Origin: an uncultured Candidatus Saccharibacteria bacterium
GTDB taxonomy: Bacteria; Patescibacteriota; Doudnabacteria; UBA920
NCBI GenBank assembly: GCA_964561085.1
Contig: CAZLNP010000001.1
Span: 75,335-139,334 of the forward strand
Direction of reading: 5' to 3'
DNA length: 64,000 bases
The notes under the pieces are model-generated. The model was not told where the DNA came from and did not search any database. It saw only the letters and a program-made list of their open reading frames with translations. A program made the translations under genes and the position numbers. This document shows positions 58,901 through 64,000 of the stretch, one piece after another; within the stretch, counting starts at the first letter, position 1, and the number at the start of each line of letters is the position of its first letter.

Positions 58901-61900
58901 AGATGTCACAGTCCCAGCTGCACCAGTATCAGAGTATGATGTTCCAGATGTAGAATATCTAGTAAAGGTGCCATTGGACCCACCAGAGGAACGATAGATA
59001 TAGTAGCTTGTTGCTAAAGTTGAAGCTGTCCAGGTTAAGTCAACTTGGTTATTTCCGCCGGTCACATTTACATATATATACGCAGGGGCGGATTCCCCCG
59101 TTGCATCAATTGACGTAATAACATAGTAGTAGTTGGCATTCGCCAAGCTACCGCCAGTAGTTGCTGTACCGCTAAAGTTAGTTGGAGCTTGGACGCCGTA
59201 TGCTTTAATGTTTCCTTGGGAAACTGATAGTTTTTCTGCCGGCGACACAGTACCAATCCCCACTCTTTGAGATGTATCAATAGTCAAAGCTGCGGTACTG
59301 TTAGTACCTAAAGTTAAATTGCTAGAGTTAATTGTTTGCACAACCCCAGCACTGGTCATTTGCAAAGTCTCAACATTGCCAGCAGTAACTAAACGGATGC
59401 TTCCGCCACTAGTTCCATCTTGTACGCGCAAATAACTAGCAGAGGTAGCAAGCAACATATTTCCTGTAGCAGAAATTTGAATAGGTTGTGTACTTGAAAG
59501 CTCACTATACCCACCACCATTGTAGGTAGCTTTTAGCATGTCAAAGTAACCACCACCGGAGTCATATCTTAGAAGTAAAGGAGCTACTCCTCCGCTACTG
59601 TTTGCTTGAAGTCTTGCAGTGGGTGATGTTGCATTTATACCAACATTACCATCGCCTTGAATGGTCATTTTTTCTGCCAAAGCGGCTGCGCTATTAACAG
59701 TGTAGAATCCTATATTTGATGTGCGGGAAGCGTGGGTTGCTGTGGTCCAATAAGAAGCAATTCGAGCCATATCTTGGTTGTCAGTGGTGGAAGATTCACC
59801 CTGCAAAAGAATACCTGTTCCAAAGTTGGCAGCTGCAGTACCTGTAGAATTACTTGAAGAAATAAATTGATCAACTATAGTATTAGTTGTTGTGTTATCA
59901 CCATTGTAAGACCTTAGTGCGCCTCCACTACCTCGCAAAGAGAAGTAAAGTCCACCGCCAGAGGAGTATGATTGTAATAAACCACCCGCAGATGTGCTAT
60001 TATTGGGGCGGAAATCTAACCCTGGATAATATCCATTAGTTGCATCGCCGGCTAGAATCAAGGTCGGATTAACACCAGAGACATCCAAATGGATATTTCC
60101 ATTTCCTGAACCACCTGACACAGTTAATTTGGAAGATGGGGCAGTTGTCCCAATCCCCACATTACCTGCATCGAAAATCGCTGCGTAGTTGTTTGTGGCG
60201 CCAGTTGCTGTTGCATACAAACCCACGTTTACAGAAGTCGCGCCAGCGCCAGTTGCTTCTGCTGAAATTGCAGTTCTTGTTTGAGATGCAGTCGCATCAT
60301 TTTGAAGAACTCGTAGCTGGTTGTAGTTTCCAGGAGCGGTAGTGTTAATGCCGACATTACTATTCCCTGTACCAGAGCCACCAGGAACAAATAAAATATA
60401 TTTAGACGCGTTTTGGTTTACTAAAGAAAACTCTCTCGAGCCTCCACCAACATTAAATGTGAAGTCCCCGTTTTGACTAAGCCCGGAATTACCACCTACC
60501 ATTTGAAGAACTTGAGCTGCATCTGTACGACTAAGTGTGACTCTGCCTGTAGTTATCTGAACGTCACCAGCAGTAGTGACTAAGGCATAATTAGCTGCAG
60601 TTGCTCCTGAAGCAGTTAATTGCAATGCGTAGTTTACAGCAGATGCCCCTGTATGAGTATTAGAGATTTGAGCACCATAAGTAGCCTGAGCTCCAGTTAC
60701 AGCTCCTTGCAAAGCAACATTTAATCCAGTTTGATTATTTAGAGCCCCTGTACCATTTGAAGAAAGAGACAGCAAGTTTCCAGAAGTTAATCCATTCCCA
60801 GTAACTGCAGCAAGTGTTCCTGTAGTAGCAGAGTTAGCAGTTAGGTTGAATATACCAGTACCAGTGTAAACGCCAGTATTAGTAAGAGCTAAGTCTGCTC
60901 CAGTTGTTGTTGTGTTAGCTACAGAGATAACATCATTTGCTGTAGCAGGTTGAAGAGTTGTTCCTGTTCTAGACCAATAACCAATAGTACCACTTGTTGG
61001 AGCGGTTGTTGTTAGAGTTCCATTACCACCAGAAGTATATAGAGCGCCGTTGGTTGTTAAAGAGGAGAATTGAATAGTTCCAGAAGAAGAAAGACCAGTA
61101 AGTGCAGAAGCCACACCAGCTGAAGTAATTTTAAAGTTAGTAAAGTCAATTAAGTTGCCGCCAGCTGTGGTTCCTGAAATTAATGTGTCCCAACCTGTAC
61201 CAAGTCTAATGGCAGCCGAAGTTATACCTGTTCCGTCTGTCACATTTCCAATGTTAACACCATTTGGATTACAAGTTGAGCCACCAGTACAAGCTGTGAA
61301 AGTTGGAGCAACTGAGACACCATTAATAGTCTTAGTGCCAGATGCACCAGTAGTCACGTTTACTGTTGGTGAAATTAAAATTCCATTTGTTGTGGAAGTA
61401 GCTGTGCCATTTGTTGCATCTGTAAAGGCTAAGCTAACAAGGCTTCCCGTTTCTGTTGCCGAACCATGATTGTAAGAAGCACTTGAAACTCTATATGCTC
61501 CCCCAGTTGTAAGAGCAGAACCTAGAGTTATAGACTCAGCAATGCCAGTAGTTAGACCTGTTGCTGAAGTGCCTTGAATTGTCCCAGTAGTTGCAGAGTT
61601 TGCAGTCAGAGTAATTAGGCCAGTACCAGTATAAACTCCTGAAGTAGTGACTGCCAAGCCATTGCCTGCAGTTGCAGCACCCATTTGAAGATCAACTAGT
61701 TCTGCATTAGTGGCTAAGTTAGCGCCGCCACCTGTGATGAGCAATCCAGTTCCAGATGTCATGCCAGTGAAAGACATTTTAGAACCATGACCAGTCGTGA
61801 GTGAGTTACCAACAACATTAAATCCAAGGGCGTCAGCTGCGCCAGTTCCTGTATAAACTCCTGTGCTGGTTATAGTAATACCTGCACCCACAGTATTAGC

Positions 61901-64000
61901 ACCAAGAGGTAGGTCTATTAATTCTCCACCAGTTTGCATAGTAGCTCCAGAACCTTGAATTTGCATACCATTACCAGTTGTAATTCCTAAGGTGGCTACA
62001 TAAAAACCAGTACCTGAATTAACAGAGCTCGCAAGTAATGCTAAAGCAGAGGACGATGCTGATTGGTTAGTGTTCGCAGAAGTTACTCTCATTGTTCCGG
62101 AACCTTGGATATAGCCTGTGACACCACTTATAGCACCGGCAGAAGAAATATCAATGTTAGTAGTTTGCAGAGAGAAAGTACCAGAGCCACCGCCAATAGT
62201 CACAAGAGAAGTAGCCCCACCAGTACCAATGTTAACTGCACTAGAGCCTGAGGTATTGATGTTGGTTGTGCCAGTCAAAGTTAAACCACCAGTTCCCTGA
62301 AGTAAGCCAGAGCCAGAGTTAACACCAACCGCTACCACAGCACCAGCTGAAGAAACATCAAAGTTTGTAAAGTCGATTGCGGAAGTTGTACCAACAATAT
62401 TATTGTCAGCAATAGAGAGTGCATTTGTGAAGTCTGTATCAGTGATTGTTATTGCTGTTGTTTCAGCAGTTGCAGCGCCTAAAGTAATGGCACCGTTTTC
62501 AGAAAGCTGGAACAAAGTAGTAGCTGCATCATCTTGCACCAAGATTGGAGAACCAGTGTTTTGAGATTGATCAACAATAATATTCAAGCCATTACCAGTG
62601 TAAGCATTCGCATCTACGCCATCCATTGTAATTTGAATTGCATCACCGGCAAAAGTTCCGCCAGTTGCCTGGTTAACTGTAAGTTGTAATAAGTCACCGG
62701 TCACTGCACCTGTTGTTGTTTCTGTGATAATTACCGGATTGTTTGATGCAGTTTCAATTGTATTACCAGCACCATATGCTGCTTGCAAAGTTACAAGACC
62801 CGCACAAGACGACCATGAAGGAGCTGCTGCTGTATTCCCTACTAAACACTGCCCAGTAGTTCCGACCGCGGTGAATGACAATGCATTTGATGCGCCACCA
62901 TACATCACACCGTTTTGGGTGATGGCGTTAGCTTGCCATGTTCCAGAGTTAATTGATGGAACTCCAGAAGAAGCAGAGAAGTTTTGACCAGTACCACCAT
63001 ATTGAGAACCAACCGCTGTCCCGTTCCATGTTCCCGTTGTGATAACGCCTGTATTGGCAGTGACTACAAGGCCATTGAAGCCTGTCGCATCAGTAATAGC
63101 TCCAGCTGAGGAAATATCTATGTTTGTTGTTTGCAGGGAAAAAGTTCCAGAACCCCCACCAATTGTTGTAAGAGTGTTGTTAGTACCTGTAGAAATGCTT
63201 GTCGCAAAGTTGCTGTTGTTGTTTAGACTCACTGCTCCACCAGCTGTAGTAATACCGACGGAAGCAGCAATAGCTCCAGAAGAATTTACTTGGAACAAAT
63301 CCCCTGAACCAACGGTTAGAAGGGAAGCGGGAGTTGAATCGCCAATACCGACGTTGCCAGTACTAGTTTTAATTGTTACTTGAGTTGTGTTATTTTCTCT
63401 TATAGAAATGTCGCCACCAGTTGGTCTGTTGATGTATAAATTAGTAGCATCACCAAGCAGTGAATAGTTTGAACTAGTTAAAGTTCCCTGAACGCTCAAG
63501 CCTGCATATCCCGTTCCGAAACCTGCATCACCTATAATAGTGCTAAGTTGGCCACTAGTACCTTTTACTTCAAATTTACCCGCCAATGATGCAACACCGG
63601 TCCCTACTCCAACATTTCTACTACTATCTATATATAGAGCATTCCCTGCATTAACATCAAAACGAATATTACCACTAGCCTGTCTATTCACAAAGTAAAG
63701 GTCTGTTGTGTACACACCAAAGTCTGCCTCTGCAGTTCCTGCTTGATCCACGAACTGAACTGCTTCTCCCAAATTACCTTGAACTACTAATGCAGTGACC
63801 TTTGCAGCATCATTAGCAGAAACCCATAATGGATTAAGTTGATCTGCTCCAAAATAAGCACCACTCAAGTTTGTTGGAGTTGATGTACCAATACCAACGT
63901 TTCCACCACTTGCTGGAACTATGATTGCATAGTTATTTGTGCCACCTGAAGCATTAAAGTAACCAGCTACGTTTGTAGAGCTAGTCCCAGTGTGTGTATT
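52907..64000 (-). CDS. Giant Gly/Thr/Ser-rich surface protein (>3697 aa; 5' end outside window) with GNVGIG fibre repeats, FN3-like domain, beta-propeller-like region and two peptidase-G2-like autocleavage domains
   Basis: Frame is open from 64000 through the track's TTG at 63868; many GNVGIGtttP repeats; F.GKLYA propeller-like blades; DIAEDY...VALAGRVPV...IGKALE module twice. Confidence 0.9.
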   Translation of the reverse strand, partial: NTHTGTSSTNVAGYFNASGGTNNYAIIVPASGGNVGIGTSTPTNLSGAYFGADQLNPLWVSANDAAKVTALVVQGNLGEAVQFVDQAGTAEADFGVYTTDLYFVNRQASGNIRFDVNAGNALYIDSSRNVGVGTGVASLAGKFEVKGTSGQLSTIIGDAGFGTGYAGLSVQGTLTSSNYSLLGDATNLYINRPTGGDISIRENNTTQVTIKTSTGNVGIGDSTPASLLTVGSGDLFQVNSSGAIAASVGITTAGGAVSLNNNSNFATSISTGTNNTLTTIGGGSGTFSLQTTNIDISSAGAITDATGFNGLVVTANTGVITTGTWNGTAVGSQYGGTGQNFSASSGVPSINSGTWQANAITQNGVMYGGASNALSFTAVGTTGQCLVGNTAAAPSWSSCAGLVTLQAAYGAGNTIETASNNPVIITETTTGAVTGDLLQLTVNQATGGTFAGDAIQITMDGVDANAYTGNGLNIIVDQSQNTGSPILVQDDAATTLFQLSENGAITLGAATAETTAITITDTDFTNALSIADNNIVGTTSAIDFTNFDVSSAGAVVAVGVNSGSGLLQGTGGLTLTGTTNINTSGSSAVNIGTGGATSLVTIGGGSGTFSLQTTNIDISSAGAISGVTGYIQGSGTMRVTSANTNQSASSSALALLASSVNSGTGFYVATLGITTGNGMQIQGSGATMQTGGELIDLPLGANTVGAGITITSTGVYTGTGAADALGFNVVGNSLTTGHGSKMSFTGMTSGTGLLITGGGANLATNAELVDLQMGAATAGNGLAVTTSGVYTGTGLITLTANSATTGTIQGTSATGLTTGIAESITLGSALTTGGAYRVSSASYNHGSATETGSLVSLAFTDATNGTATSTTNGILISPTVNVTTGASGTKTINGVSVAPTFTACTGGSTCNPNGVNIGNVTDGTGITSAAIRLGTGWDTLISGTTAGGNLIDFTNFKITSAGVASALTGLSSSGTIQFSSLTTNGALYTSGGNGTLTTTAPTSGTIGYWSRTGTTLQPATANDVISVANTTTTGADLALTNTGVYTGTGIFNLTANSATTGTLAAVTGNGLTSGNLLSLSSNGTGALNNQTGLNVALQGAVTGAQATYGAQISNTHTGASAVNYALQLTASGATAANYALVTTAGDVQITTGRVTLSRTDAAQVLQMVGGNSGLSQNGDFTFNVGGGSREFSLVNQNASKYILFVPGGSGTGNSNVGINTTAPGNYNQLRVLQNDATASQTRTAISAEATGAGATSVNVGLYATATGATNNYAAIFDAGNVGIGTTAPSSKLTVSGGSGNGNIHLDVSGVNPTLILAGDATNGYYPGLDFRPNNSTSAGGLLQSYSSGGGLYFSLRGSGGALRSYNGDNTTTNTIVDQFISSSNSTGTAAANFGTGILLQGESSTTDNQDMARIASYWTTATHASRTSNIGFYTVNSAAALAEKMTIQGDGNVGINATSPTARLQANSSGGVAPLLLRYDSGGGYFDMLKATYNGGGYSELSSTQPIQISATGNMLLATSASYLRVQDGTSGGSIRLVTAGNVETLQMTSAGVVQTINSSNLTLGTNSTAALTIDTSQRVGIGTVSPAEKLSVSQGNIKAYGVQAPTNFSGTATTGGSLANANYYYVITSIDATGESAPAYIYVNVTGGNNQVDLTWTASTLATSYYIYRSSGGSNGTFTRYSTSGTSYSDTGAAGTVTSPPLYASSAGQILGNNGINITNSLGWQLISTTGVNTIAGATAYAHAPRLNIMGNYFSFGGSNEGGGNGATLSVYQGLTIQGVDNTYASSLTFKSYEGDLANFHTNPRSGIISLMDAGGNNKFIANPGVADGGSAVGYTLDTTNNLVNATAKLLEVRNQTSAKLTVLASGNVGIGDTTPAALLTVGSGDLFQVNSSGAIAAATGIVSSGTIQFSALTTNGALYTSGGNGTLTTTAPTSGALGYWTRTGTVLSQTTANDTISIANTTTTGADLALTNTGVYTGTGIFNLTANSATTGTLAALSGSGLTSGSLVSATLGSSLTTGSLLSTSGASYNPGSGNTGNLINLAFTNNSTSTSGVSVVSGINIAPTITASGTSGTHDTYSIRIQNAAGSPVNGTQNIYGMRIGNQGASGGETSYGLYVDSQTGAINSYAAVFAGGNVGVGVVPNSANGILQVAGSIGMTGNTEIRQSTNSDGNTLRVLATQLVAANSNSNSYNYSGGGLIAGVSPSGSALLLDVGANDAGTGHRLKVTNDGSGVTGTLFYGTPSLTTLFANSSNGNVGINATTFGTSNKLLVNAYSTVDNNATAQINSANASHKGLVVQGFASQSADLFQAQQSNGTVAFGVGGNSNATVYGLNFAFDQGNSKYVFGTATLPGDAAFAVQNSWSTSAITMKVKAIASQTADLLQLQNSSGAALLAASNYGSITSGFTQLDGSTTAVGTGSNSTSLTVSSDNDFDIGNYVKVDPVSGNCSGSTAVCYAKIIDNPSANLFIISPALTWDNGASVVEMHVPEVGGINTSEPLANRYGRGYFIDGIVAGNGSTYFSDGGISQSLASSTFNFLNNGNTTTLNLGTSATTVNIAGRLTVASGDLTVGAQTDANTGSTFTITNSAAGTFGSETARDGVSSFAIYNGKLYAATAETNGSSVYRHDGGTTWTKVSDSTPGKVVSGDFAEADSMVLTVFNGKLYAGTRTGAAADRGALYSYNGSAWMMDNYTLGEFGAENGIDGISDMVVYGGVLIVATQEADAAQVYSYRGSGAFVNLSYGGSGSQYCTAQNNQDSGQLAVYDGRLFWGIAAGTGSDGARLCVYTGENSNSNNFVRLHTTDGTFSAGGLTAIDDISSLAVHNGRLYFGTAEPDAGQVYSFVFSNASDLEGRFGEPELSFDPTGITEGILDQTQADFTDSVPVLREYNGRLYAGTYSDVNQANLYEYDDTTRKWDIINSTEGTFGSQANVDSLSAIIAFNGTLYLGTTEGGIGSVYTWSKTFTNSYALKFDSGSGNYGSISFVGNQTGDSNADNMGSFLFSHSLVSTTGAYDIAEDYPTREQGLVAGDVLSLNPNETGLVVRSSVGYDRTVVGIYSTKPGLRLSQEEAAINGLPTVPVALAGRVPVNIAPDSAPIAAGDAIVSSGTYPGKAMKASVNGPTIGKALESWTPGTSQTQVLVLVNLSWNGSSTGASSDIVLQAASDTAVNISDNTGSTLFNVNTNTRKLTIGTAADSAELELFGNIIVRGDAQIEGSIMVESIIAESVVAEEVTAETITSETVTAENVVADSVKVSGNSISENYESSDDSLEAGEVVAIDNSEDALIARADMSGSKSILGVVVEESGLELGSELEEGSGNTKYSVALIGRAQVKVSNENGEIMPGDFLVNSATIPGAAMKATKAGSVIGQALETFTGGVGKIDAFIKPSNYNGLAIEDQLAGLTFDYTGTEQGLLNSAQNSSQILEYLISQLPSLDSENLSEVVTDVVVANGEIITPTVTTQTLRADFLSSATSDGGLSVASTTMFNGGLTVDTISAIGDLLSFSSDVEFFGTPYFTSDTAGFAVVKAGVQSVDVVFTREYLAQPIVNASISFEQDVDQELLDEEAREVLKNDSIAAAQTFLAEGITYVVTNKSKFGFTIVLSKPAPSDVKMSWTALAVRNATTFMSIDTPSGFVAGADDGDSGSGDSGSGDSGSGEGSGDGGTPPASDPPADTPSGDTPPSGDTPPGDGGGEGSGTNP

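Noticed and set aside
58008-60916. Diversity-generating retroelement TR/VR pair
   Set aside because: No reverse transcriptase in the window; the three mismatches are synonymous and both copies are mid-gene.

Overview
Bacterial chromosomal window, most likely from a Patescibacteria/CPR (Parcubacteria-like) genome. This is inferred from gene style: a short ValRS, a non-canonical EF-P loop, giant surface proteins and CPR-type C-terminal repeats. Core genes are a phosphohexomutase (partial), ychF, rpsF-ssb-rpsR, efp, a CsoR-family/trxB/gdh/trxB2 operon, Zur/ZIP/YibE, a hydroxyacid dehydrogenase plus glycerate kinase, a MarR/fasciclin/DipZ cluster, tsaD, T-box-valS, and two very large surface proteins (1760 aa; >3697 aa, running off the window end). 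The centrepiece is an accessory region of about 16.7 kb at the 3' end of tRNA-Glu(TTC) (15918-15992). It holds a phage-satellite-like element with two serine recombinases, an iteron origin, a helicase, a CHC2 zinc finger protein, a TerS-like protein, a C4/CI-like antisense RNA and DUF4238/HEPN cargo. It is followed by tandem ~1 kb single-gene cassettes, each bounded by a CTACCA att core plus a terminator. The att core lies inside the large serine recombinase ORF, so excision or integration should swap the recombinase C-terminus (SATENRTPI versus RSYRYRWKNYLALVREVY...).
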